64,000 nt of DNA from Macrostomum hystrix (lineage: Eukaryota > Animalia > Platyhelminthes). Shown here one piece after another: positions 11,885 through 23,229 of this stretch. The stretch lies in assembly GCA_950097015.1 (NCBI GenBank), contig CATNEN010000001.1, positions 19,344,001 to 19,408,000 on the forward strand, written 5' to 3'. The notes under the pieces were generated by a model. It searched no databases. It worked only from the letters and a program-made list of their open reading frames with translations, and was not told the origin of the DNA. The translations under genes and the position numbers were made by a program. How positions within the stretch are numbered: the first letter of the stretch is position 1; every line of letters starts with the position of its first letter.

Positions 11885-12135
11885 CTCACATGCATCCGGC
11901 ATGTTTCTCATATGCATCTGGCATTTGTCTAGAATATATCTGGCTTACATCTAGCATGTGTCTGGCATGTGTCTGGCAGTCGTTTGGCATGTGTCTGGTT
12001 GTTGATTGGCATGTGTCTGGCATTGGCATGCATCTGGCATGTGTCTCGCATGCATTTGGCCTGTGTCTGGCACTTAATTGGTATGTCTGGTTGTTGATTG
12101 GCATGCATGTTGTTGATGTGCATGTGTCTGGAATC
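11885..12135. repeat. Degenerate tandem repeat of ggcatgtgtct-like units
   Basis: Recurrent ggcatgtgtctgg and gttgattggcatg words. Confidence 0.8.
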
Positions 12136-12289
12136 TATCTTCCTGAAGTAGCATGGCTTCTGCCTCAGTTGATGCTGATGATTCGGTGTTAAATGGTATG
12201 GTCTGAAATTTTGGATGACATAATTATTATTTATTTATAATTGTCTAATGGAGCTCTTACTGCTTGTTTTGTCTTTTCAAATTTACCTT

Positions 12290-15198
12290 TAGAAGAGGCT
12301 ACTTTTTCTGTGAACGAACCTGTGCACGTGTTTGGCACTGGACGTGCCTCAGTGGACGACTATTTTGGCCCTGATGTACCAAGTCACCGCCGCGATTCAG
12401 ACTCACGGCTACCTATGCTCTGTCAAATCCTTAATGTGCCTGACAATCGTGTTGCTAGAAAACGGCTGTATACATTTCTGCAGCGGAACAAGACAAAAAT
12501 TTTGGCACAGTTACGCTGCACTACAGAAGTGCCTAGACAACAGGAGTAAGTGCCTACTGAAGGATTTTTGGCCTTCCTTTCGTATTTTAAAGTTTCTTTT
12601 AAGCCTGAATTTCAGTATTCTTTCTTTATTTTTTTAGACAAGCCAGTTTTTCTGAACAATAACTACCAGCTTTTCTGCTTAAACTACCCGAGTCTATCAT
12701 TTCCGCATTGCGCTCGCCAGATGGAACATTGAGACCCGATTGGCATCATTAGTTCCAGCGTTCAGTTCTCTTGTGCCTTGCTGTTTGTGCAAGAAGAGCA
12801 GTAACAAGAAGGGCGACGCTGCTTATGCTTACTTGTATAGAAAAGATGTGTGGCGCAACTTTTTTAAGCTCAGTTGACGGAATTTCGATCTGGCTCCTTC
12901 GATTAAGAACACATTCAGCGGACCCGCATCAACCTGTGATGTCACGACGCCTTTGCAGTGAACGCAGATATGAGCTTGCACAGCAGGCAATCATCAGTGG
13001 TGCATATGCTACAATATCAAAAATTGCAGCAACTGAGCCTCTTGCTGAGGCACCAACACAGGCGGCAGTTTGTATCGCCGCTGGAAGATTGCGTTGTAAT
13101 ACCTTAGGCACTCCGCACTTGGACGAGGTGAAGGAACTTCGTAGCTCGTAGTTCATTGGAGCCTACTTTTTTGCGGGAAATAATAGTTGATCCATCTGTT
13201 CAGGAAGCTCAAACGGTGACTATATCATAGTCGAGTATTTTGTGTTCTTCGCGAAATTCAGAATCGAGACAAAGGAGTGCTCCTGGGAATGGATTCCACA
13301 GGCGCGCCACTTCTGCCTTCCAACGGCACAAAATCTGGGAAGATGCGCTGCCTTCATGCGCTAGTTTTAGAGCCAGTCATGGAAGGGCAAAGTCCGCTTC
13401 CCATTTTGCAACTCATCAGTACCTCTCAGACTGGTGTGACTCTTCGCTACATACTTGAAACGTGGTACCGCGACGCGCTCCACAGCATCCCAACGCTTAG
13501 AATTAAACAAGTAACGGACTTCAATTTTGCCACGCTGCATGTGTTAGTCGGTGTGTTTCATCAAATGTCCATTAAGTTTTGCATGCAAGTACCTGCAGTT
13601 TTGCATGCAAGTTTTAAGTGCTGATGTAGACTCTTCTGAATTAAAAAATTTCACTATCGTCGGCATTGGAAGATCACATATAATTAAAGAAGCTGCCAGT
13701 TGGCCTGAAGTTTGCTCATGCTGCAACCGTCGAGTTCGCGAATTTTGGTTGCTGTGGATTGGGTCCCTTGTAACCTCAAAGGAACTTGCATCCTTGGAGC
13801 TCAAAATCAGCGCGATTTTTACATGCTTCTCGCAGAGAACTACGATACGCTTCAGCGGCCTGTTGAGGAACTAGGCGGTTCTCCATGTGAGTTTCTTCAA
13901 GCTGTGCTGCAGGGCACCATTCCGTTGGAAGAATTGCCAGTAGATTGTGATACTGAACTAGCTTCTGGGTTGCGACCGACCTTTGACCAGACAATCTTGC
14001 GCACTTCTCCCTTCTGGCAACGACTGGAGCGTATTCGTCTTGATGTTGCTGCTTCTGTGGCCGTCATTGAATCCGGTTCGACAAGCACACTGGTAGAGCC
14101 GAATTCCTTCCACTCCGTTGAGTTGGCTTCCAGGATCACGAATAGTTTCGGACCCTACGTGCCTCTTTTAAGTAGCGTAATGGCATGCCCTCTGCGTTAT
14201 GCTAAGCAATCGACATGTACTTCGAATTACAGTGCGTCAATACGTCAGATACACAGATTCACAGAAGGGTACACGGAGAGATGCCTAGGACTAATCACAA
14301 ATCATCTTTTGCAGGGCAAGCGTGTTTCGCTTCCTGAGTACATTCAGCGCATGCATGTGCACACGCAGGGCTTAGAGCGACTGTTTTTAAGAGGTCTCAG
14401 TTCCGGTCTGCAAATTGGAAACACGCCCGATCAGGAAATAACTGATCCTCTGAATTCGCAGGCTTGTCTCAGAGAAGAGCAGGAAAACTAAGAAGCTCAG
14501 ACACGGCATCACGTAATGAGTGTACTTGCAACAACCGAACCATCGACTGTCTTGCAACCGAACTATCGACTTTCCTTGCAACTGAACCATCGACTGTCTT
14601 CACAACTGAACCATCAAATTCCGTTGAAGCTGAACCAGCGACTAGCCATACAACCGAATCATCCACTGTCCTTGCGTCTGACTCGCAAGTCCATGAAAAC
14701 GAGTCATCGACTGTCCATGCAACCGAGTCATCGACTGTCCATGCAAACGAATCGTCGGCTTTCATTGCAGCTGAACCAGCACCTAGCCGTAAAACTAAAA
14801 TAGCGAATAGAAATGCCACATGCAACACTGCGACGTGTAAGCATGGAGTGCACAAGAGGAGCATATTTTGCAGTATGAGTAACTCAGAAGGAGTCTCGGA
14901 AGCGGAAGCAGCTGTTGAGCCAGTTGTAAATAAAAGAAGGCGTACCGACCGCCTTCCGCGTTATACAGGTACACGGTCATGCAGTCGCAGCCTCTGTGAC
15001 ATTCGCTCCTCTAAAGCGACCGGAATAGTCCTGCTAAAGAATTTTGGATGTGTGGCTGGTTTTCTCTTGAACTCAACTGTAACTCGCGTTGGTGTCTTTA
15101 ATGCCCGCTCAGCCGATAACCTCCTTATGGCATTAATTTTTGCCTTTAAAGAGTCTGACGCATTTAAATCGGCATTTGAGCCTAGTAGTAGGGGTTAG
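12290..15198 (+). pseudogene. NOF-FB-type (Mutator/MULE-related) transposase, frameshifted
   Basis: LGMDSTG..PLPILQLISTSQ..ILETW..VTDFNFATLH..YLQFCMQ..GRSHIIK..VREFW matches the NOF pattern (IDATG / PV.QMISE.Q / DFS.AL / D.AH.IK); 24-bp coding tandem repeat at 14530-14780. Confidence 0.65.
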
Positions 15199-15795
15199 TT
15201 CAACTCTGACGCAGGAAATTCGATGGAAATTCCATATGTGTTGCAGGCGATAGTATTGAACCTTGATTTTGATAACTGTGGAATAATGCATGCATTCATG
15301 CACAGCGTGATTTGTATTGCATGACCACAATTATTATGTGAAGTGTTGTATTATTTTTACTGTAGCACTGCAAAAACTTTATTGCATTTGGTAAATGAAA
15401 AGCATTATATCTATATATATATATATATAGGTCTAGAGCCTGCAATGCCACAATTTCCAATTAATTGTATAGAGTAGTAGTGTTAGAGTCTGCTGGCTCA
15501 CATTCACTCAATTCTCATTCTGGGGCTCTAATGATGTGCCTATGCAAGTAGGGGTTGGTTCAATTCTGACGCACCTGCACTGGGTGGAATGGCTACAGGT
15601 GAATTAGCGTAGATAGACGGGAGTGGTGTTGAATGGAATAGGCTGCCCCAGCGGACAGGCCAATCACACTAGGTGTGGTGGGGGCGGCCCCCTGACGTGC
15701 AACTCTGAAGAACCTTACACTGGGCAGATAATAACCTGGATAGGTGGAGTTGTGGTCAGCGCCTCAGTCTGGGGCCTTGCCTGAGCCTAAACTAA

Positions 15796-16370
15796 ATTAA
15801 GTTGTAAACTGTGCAGTTTGTTGCGGCCACTTTGAAGTTAAGGCCCCCGTAAACCTGGAGCTCGCTAAGGAACTGACTGTGCTCTTGCTCAAATGAGCGA
15901 TGGGCAATATTGAAAAGATAATAACTGATCAAAATACGTTTATGAGTTGTTACAGTTGTGCTGGCACATTTGGGTATTTAAAATTCACACAAAGGCCCGT
16001 CTCCATGTTCTGTGATAAACGGTTCCATGCGCTTGCAACCTGTATAGGAGACATAGGTTGGGGTCAGGGCCCCTGTCTACGCTTTGGGTCGGCATGTTTT
16101 CCACATCAAAGCAGCGCCTGCCAGCCACGGCAGGGTAAGCCAATTAAGTTGTAAACTGGGCGACGTGGTGCGGCCGGCCTCATGCCATTGGAGTTAGGAG
16201 CTCGATATGGAGCTGAATGTGGTCTGTGTTTGGCGATGCCAATATTGAAATGGCTATTATAACTGATTAAATATCAGTTTATGAGTTTTTGCTATGCCTA
16301 GCTCTGCAATATTTGCATGTATTTGGAATAACATCAAGGCACCCGCTTCCATGCGCTGGTTTAGCTGGTT
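15796..16370. repeat. Diverged ~345-bp tandem duplication
   Basis: aattaagttgtaaactg..gcggcc..ggagctcg..caatattgaaa..ataactgat recurs from 15796 and 16142. Confidence 0.65.
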
Positions 16371-16671
16371 TTATCCACTAGATTGTTTGGTTGAATTTGA
16401 ATTGAAAGAAACTCCAGACCAGACAGACCCTTGATTAGTAGATATATATGATATATATAGGATGTAGTAGATATATATATATATATATATATGCAAAGAG
16501 TCCAGCACTATATTAAGTGCGATCAGACAAGAGCTTTACTTGCAACCTGCAGGCTAATTAATAATTAATTTTCTGGAATGGTATATAAGGATCGAATTGC
16601 TTCACATTATCAGACCGTAGCTACTGTTAGAATTCATTTCTTAGTAATCGAAGCAACCGACAGTCGAACGA

Positions 16672-17540
16672 ATGTCTTCCTCGTGGCATTATGAAGTTTG
16701 CATGGACTGTAAGAAGTGTAAACAAGGTGGACTAAGGTCTGATCTTCATGAAAACTGCACGAATATGACGAAGTGGAGTGTGTGCTGGCAGTGCTCGGAA
16801 ATTGCCATGTACAAGGAAGCGGAGAAAGGATCCAAAAAATCCAAGGCTCATCGAGGGCATCAACTGCTGCCAGGCAATGACGACGCTGCGCGCTCGTTTC
16901 GGCGATTGTTATGGGGGCAGCAAAGCGTCAGATGGCTAATTTGGACGCCGCCAGGCAGCGATCGAATGTGCTCAGCCAAGTTATCAATGGCGTCATTCGA
17001 CCGAGAACGTCGCGAAGTAGCAGTGTTAGCTCCGGTGACGACTTCGCCGTGCTAGCGACACCTGGACATCGCACAATAAGTCGGCCTGATGTGGGTGCTG
17101 CCGCTGGTGGTAACACCGCTGAGGATCTGACTGAAGCTGCTGTGCAATCGATAGCACCCACTGCACTGGTCATCAGGGGCAAGCAAATGCTTCGGCCATG
17201 CAGCCCGATGATCGATGAAGAAGAAGGCAGCGATTCTGTGAACTCTGAGCCCGAACCTGGTCGCTGCATCTTCGTTTCTGTTCCTCCGGTGGCTGACGCC
17301 TCATCGACTGGCACCCCAGCTGCTTTAGCTGCCAATTCAGCTGCCCCTGATGTAGCTGCCCCGCTTCGAAGTGATGACCATCACGAAGATCTGGATGCGC
17401 TGCTGGCGGGCATGGACATGCCAATGTTGCGCGCTGCAGATGGCAATGATGCTATCAACAACAACAACATCGGTAATGACAATGGAGTTACTATAAATCT
17501 GTTCTGCCGTATGTCACTGGGGCTGGCTATGTTGTGGTGA
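16672..17540 (+). pseudogene. Orphan intronless gene with Cys/His-rich N-terminus, one frameshift near 16915
   Basis: TATATAAG at ~16583; overlapping ORFs 16672-17055 and 16911-17540; CxxC/H motifs followed by low-complexity sequence. Confidence 0.4.
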
Positions 17541-18516
17541 TTGATGGGAATAAGATTTCAGTCAGTCCTCTTTAGTTTTGTACTATGTTCCACCTGTCAC
17601 ACCTGATCCATTCATAGGCTAATTACGGCAGCATTCATTAAAATGGTTTCTATAGTTAATTGAGCCCGCATGCAAGAGAATGGAATGCTTAATCACGAGT
17701 GTAAAATAAATATGAATGTGTTACGAGTATACACTATACACTATACGACTATACACTCGTAGTATAGTGTAAAAGATTGCAAGCACAAAGAGCTTTCTCG
17801 ATAGGATCAAATAATAGTTTCCCCACTGTTTCACTGTCACATTGAGTCATAAATCCAATTTAAGGGGTGTTGACTGTTATCTACGAGTATAAACGGACTA
17901 TGTGAAGTGAATCAGTGATGCTTCCAAATTTGCATTTGTATGTACGTTTATAATGCTAATGTATTAACATTGCTAATGTATAATTGCAAGTTAAAATGCA
18001 CGACTTTGTATGCTATCAACGTACATGTATGGTTCTTACTAATTTGAATTTATAAATCAACTTTTCCTTTACGCTTCGTGAGGAACCATTGGTGTTCGTG
18101 AACTCAACTCAACTCACAGCGACAATTTACTTCACAATTTTCAGCATTTAGTACTTTAGTCCCTATGCGGGTGTGAAACATTCTCTGCTTGTCTTGTCAA
18201 TGTCACTATAATGTCATTGTGTCCTGTTTCATTATTCGCTATGATTATTCTTAAATGTGTGTTGCAATGTTGTCAAAATATATATATTCGGAATTTCCAT
18301 CTCGATGAAAAATGCAGACTTATAATGTTATTGTGTTCTGTTACTAATTCAACACGCTTACATTCTGAGGATAGTCTGACATGGATTGGATTGGAAGGAG
18401 TTAACGGAAGCTGCAGCTGCAATATTTCGGATTTCAGTGAAATTGATTGAAAAACGTTTCCTGTGTAGTGTCAGCTTGTTTGCCCGTGTTATTATTCAGT
18501 ACTTATTTTTAGACAC

Positions 18517-19610
18517 GTGTATTTTGCTAAGAGTTCACCCACGCCAAGCCGGGCCGGACCAGCTGGGGGAACGGACGCCCACCATCCCGCGAGCGCTACC
18601 CCTGGGCTACGGTCCCGGCCAATCAGCGAGCGACCCGGCCTCACTACCTGTCTACCCTCGGCAAGAAGCGACCCCGGGGCTCAGAACGGCGGTCGCAAGT
18701 CTACTGCGATTTGTTGCCTTGGCTCAAGCTACAGCCAGGCATCCACCTCGCCGATCGACCTAATTTGGGGTTAAAATGACTCTATATAACGAAGCGTGTT
18801 TTTGTAGTCCAAATTATCTCTCTTTTTCTCCGCAATCCGCCTCACACTGTGAGAAGCACGTGCAAATTATCGTTCTCCGCAATTCGCCTCACACTGTGAG
18901 AAGCACGTGCTAACTAGTCCACTTGTTTTGTCCCTCCCCGCCCGACCACGCTCCGCTTGTTCAGTTAGGTAGCTTTCGGCGCTACGCGTCTTGAGAGTGC
19001 GCCGCTGACAAGGGTGGTCTAGATAGGCGCTTGTTGTCGAAGTCAGTACGTGCTCTCTTCGGAGACTCCGCCGTCAGGCAGAAGGAGTGCCAACCGATAG
19101 GATCTGTCGGGGCAGCGCTGAAAGCAGAGACAACCGGAGCCTCTCGGGAAGAGTAGGGCGCGGATGTAGGCCAGTTTAAGTAAAATTGTTATATCCAAAT
19201 TGTTAGATCAGACTTGCTTCTCACTGTGAGCACGCTATAATTTATTTCCGTGTGAACATCTATTCTGTCAGTATAACTTTTAAGTCAAGTAAACTATATT
19301 CAAAGTAATTCCTATTCGTATCTGGAATCTTAGTCACAGCCAATTAACTCACTCCTAATCAAATTATTCGAGTCTTCGTGTTCATACTGTGTTATTCTTT
19401 TTCATTGGGAGTTTCGCCGGGTCGGAGGACGACACACGGGTCTCATTGCTTATCTATTCCACTTCGCTCGCTACCAGTCTCTAACGCTATTTAATTCCAG
19501 ATTTCCCTGCTGCTATTGAAACGATTGGTAGGACACCGACCCCGGTGAGTAGTGAATAGTCGCTAGCTTTAAATTCCTCACGCTCCAGCTAGGACGTTTA
19601 TTTTATTACA
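18517..19610 (+). repeat. GC-rich LTR-like interspersed repeat, unassigned
   Basis: Sharp compositional boundaries, TGT...ACA ends, CCAAT (~18619) and TATATAA (~18783), internal tandem duplication at 18827-18910; no TSD. Confidence 0.4.
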
Positions 19611-19629
19611 TTAGGGTTGTAACTTAAGC

Positions 19630-19995
19630 TTTGCTTTCCACTGCACAAAGTGCAAAGCTACAGCTTTTTTTGCAGCTTAATATTTTTTAGTAAAAAGTAA
19701 TACGCTTTTTATTCAAATATACATTTTTATTAAAGTGCAAAAGAGCTGTAGCTTTGCTCTTTGCACTTTACAATGTAGCAACTATCTTCTCATGTGACAA
19801 TAATTTATAAATTATAAATATAATTACTGAGAAGCTTACTGAAAAGCGTAATATTTTTAGTTAAAATAATATACTTTTTAATATACATTTTTAATAATGT
19901 GTAAAAAAGCTGTAGCTTGGCACTTTGCACTTTTGCAATGTAGCTACTGTCTTCTTGTGTGACAAAAATTTATAAATTATAAATATAATAACAAA
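19630..19995. repeat. AT-rich direct and inverted repeat block (foldback-like)
   Basis: aaagtgcaaagctacagc versus gctgtagcttt/ggcactttgcact; ~175-bp unit present twice. Confidence 0.6.
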
Positions 19996-20237
19996 TTATT
20001 ATTTTTTTGTTTGAGGTATAACTATGTATAATAAATAATTTTAATTTAGAGGATTTTAAATAAAAACAATAATTCTGAACATAAAAAATAAATATATAAA
20101 CAGCTTAAAAGTTTGGAGCTTCTTCTAGATTTTTTAATAAATATTTTAGCCTGGTGATTAGATTCATTAGCTATAAATTGGATATATAAAGAATGAGTAT
20201 TTAGATAACTATAATTTCATTATTATTTTTTCAGATT

Positions 20238-20475
20238 ATGGCTGAATTCTTGAGCTGCCCCATCTGTGTGGTAGAAAATAATCAACACGGAGCGAGGTCT
20301 GGCAACTTTCGCAAGCATCTATTAAAAGTTCATAAATTAAACACGGAGTCTACTGAGTTGGGAGTAAAAATCGCTAAGCTAAAAAATATAAGATAACGGA
20401 GTTTTTCATGTGCCCCACATGTGTCCATGTGGGCACAAGGGACTCCCTACGTATGCATTTAAGTAAAAACATAAT
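20238..20475 (+). pseudogene. Degenerate exon with two C2H2-type zinc fingers
   Basis: After a ttttcag acceptor: CPIC..FRKHLLKVH, then after a frameshift CPTC..LRMHLSK(KH). Confidence 0.55.
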
Positions 20476-21419
20476 GACGGGATGCCGACGACGCTCGACG
20501 ACTCGCAAAATAATGCAAAAAATACATCTCTATGTGCACAGATTTTTTTGGCTATGGCTGCATGCACTCGTGTCACACATACGAGGCTAAAAATACGGGA
20601 AAAGTTGCTGCCTCAGAGGCGGAAAATACGGGTAGATCCGTAGTTCTGCGCTGTATTTTTAGCCAATAGGGCTAGATACTATAGTGTACTACGATTCTCC
20701 GAATATTCTTTTTACATTGTATGTAGCGCTAATTTGATTGTTTGTTTTAGAACCATTTTTAATAGACCTGAACTGGAACGACTCAAGCAATTTACAAGCC
20801 AAACAAATTTTCTAATCCATGGTTCTCAATGATAAAATTGTTTCTTCAACGCAAAGCTTCTGTTGGGCCTAGCAATTCAACACACTAGCCTAGCTGTCTC
20901 TAGCTACATTAGATACAAGCATGTGTTTTAGAAAAAATATGTAGGTCTAGATAATAAAAGTATTATTATTGGCTATTTTGTTACTAGAATATGTGGCCTA
21001 CTTATGTGGCCTAGCTAGCTACTTATTCAGTTATCGAATTTGTAATTCAATACCATAAATTCCATAATGATAGGCTGAGGCCTAGCAATCTATAATAGCT
21101 AGGCCCCTAGCTAATTCCTGGAAGCTAAATAATGTCCTTTGAATAAGACAAAGCTGTAGCTAGCTTTGCTTAATTAATGAAAAAAAAAAAAATATTTTTA
21201 TTTATAGCATATATATTCTTATTTTATATAATTATATATAATAAAAAAAATAAAAAAATAATTAATACTTTAAAATATACTAATTTAGACACTAAAAATG
21301 TATTTTAAATTAACAAACTCACTGTGTTGCAAAAAATAGAACTGCAAGTTTCTGCCCATCTCAGCCTACTTCAAAATAAATGTAAACATGTTGCCTTCAA
21401 GCAAGCACTTTAGATAGTT

Positions 21420-22470
21420 TACCTTCCTACCTCTTTCCTCCTTCCCTTCTCTACCCTCCTTCCCGCCTCTTTCCTCCTTTCCTCATCTTTCCTCCTTTCC
21501 TCCTTCCCTCCTCTTTCCTTTCTTCCTTCCCTCCTCTTTCCTCTCCTCCTTCCCTCCTCTTTCCTCCTTGCCTTCTCTTTCCTCCTCTTTCCTCCTTGCC
21601 TCCTCTTTCCTCCTTTCCTCCTCTTTCCTCCTTTCCTCCTTCCCTCATCTTTCCTCATCTTTGCTCCTTTCCTCCTCTTTCCTCCTTTCCTCCTTCCCTC
21701 ATCTTTCCTCCTTTCCTCATCTTTGCTCCTTCCCTCCTCTTTCCTCCTTTCCTCCTCTTTCCTCCTTCCCTCCTCCTTCCCTCCTCTTTCCTCCTTCCCT
21801 CTTTCCTCCTTCCCTCCTCTTTCCTCCTTCCCTCCTCTTTCCTCTTTCCTCCTTTCCTCCTCTTTCCTCCTTCCCTCCTCTTTCCTCCTTCCCTCCTCTT
21901 CCCTCCTTCCCTCTTTCCTCCTTCCCTCCTCTTTCCTCCTTCCCTCCTCTTTCCTCCTTTCCTCCTCTTTCCTCCTTTCCTCCTTCCCTCATCTTTCCTC
22001 CTTTCCTCATCTTTGCTCCTTCCCTCCTCTTTCCTCCTTTCCTCCTCTTTCCTCCTTCCCTCCCCTTTCCTCCTTTCCTCCTTCCCTCCTCCTTCCCTCC
22101 TCTTTCCTCCTTCCCTCCTCTTTCCTTCCTCTTTCCTCCTTCCCTCCTCTTTCCTCTTTCCTCCTCTTTCCTCCTTCCCTCCTCTTTCCTCCTTCCCTCC
22201 TCTTCCCTCCTTCCCTCTTTCCTCCTTCCCTCCTCTTTCCTCCTTCCCTCCTCTTTCCTCCTTTCCTCCTCTTTCCTCCTTCCCTCATCTTTCCTCCTTT
22301 CCTCCTTCCCTCCTCTTTCCTTTCCTCCTTCCCTCCTCTTTCCTCTCCTCCTTCCCTCCTTTTTCCTCTCCTCCTTCCCTCCTTCCCTCCTCTTTCCTCC
22401 TTCCCTCTTTCCCTCCTTCCCTCCTTCCCTCCTCTTTCCTCCTTCCCACCTCTTTACTTCTTCTCTCCTC
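21420..22470. repeat. ~1.05-kb polypyrimidine/polypurine (CT-rich) tract
   Basis: Almost pure C/T, built from cctcctcttt and cctccttc units. Confidence 0.97.
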
Positions 22471-23229
22471 TACCCGTCACTACCCCTTCCAATAAGTGAA
22501 TAAGTGAGACATCTAAAGCTATAATTAGCCTATTTTTAAGTCACATCTTTTTTATGCTTTTAAATTCAAAACTCATAAATCGTGCTTTTATAAATCTGAG
22601 ATAAAAGTGGATGGCGTCTTTAAAAACTTATTTTTACTTCTGTTAATATTTTTATACTCATAGTTACATTATTTCAGAAAGCCTGTTTGTAGTCGCCATG
22701 ACTCAGACTTCATCTTGATGGAACTATTTCTGTAAGAAAAACCTAAATGGAAACAACTTTCAAGGTTAGTTTGCTTTTATACATTGTACTGTGTTCTTCT
22801 TGCTCATATAGAAAGTTAAAAAAGTAAAGTGCCATGCTGAATATTTGTTCACACCTTTCATAGCAGAGATAGGAGAAATTCGTGAGAAGTACAACGCGCT
22901 AACGGCTTACGAACTTCAACAGCTGGATGAAGAGGTGCAATCTAATGCTACCTATTCACAGGAGAAGCAGCGATCTAAGATATTAAAGAAGTTTAGATCG
23001 TTGGTGAGGTCAATTATTATGACTTTCTTGTTGCTCTACTAAATTGTTGAAGCAAAACTCTATGAGGGTGGGAAGTAAAGTTTAGCTACTGGCTAACTGT
23101 TAATTCTAGTTACGGGCTGGCTGCCATTAATATTCAATTTGACAATATCGAAATACAAATTTCTATATGATGTATACGACAATCCAGGGGTTTCGTAAAT
23201 AAGCCATTCCTGCACTCGTTATTGCAATT

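Noticed and set aside
21419-22503. Long ORFs of 258-311 aa in all frames
   Set aside because: Artefact of a stop-free CT microsatellite.
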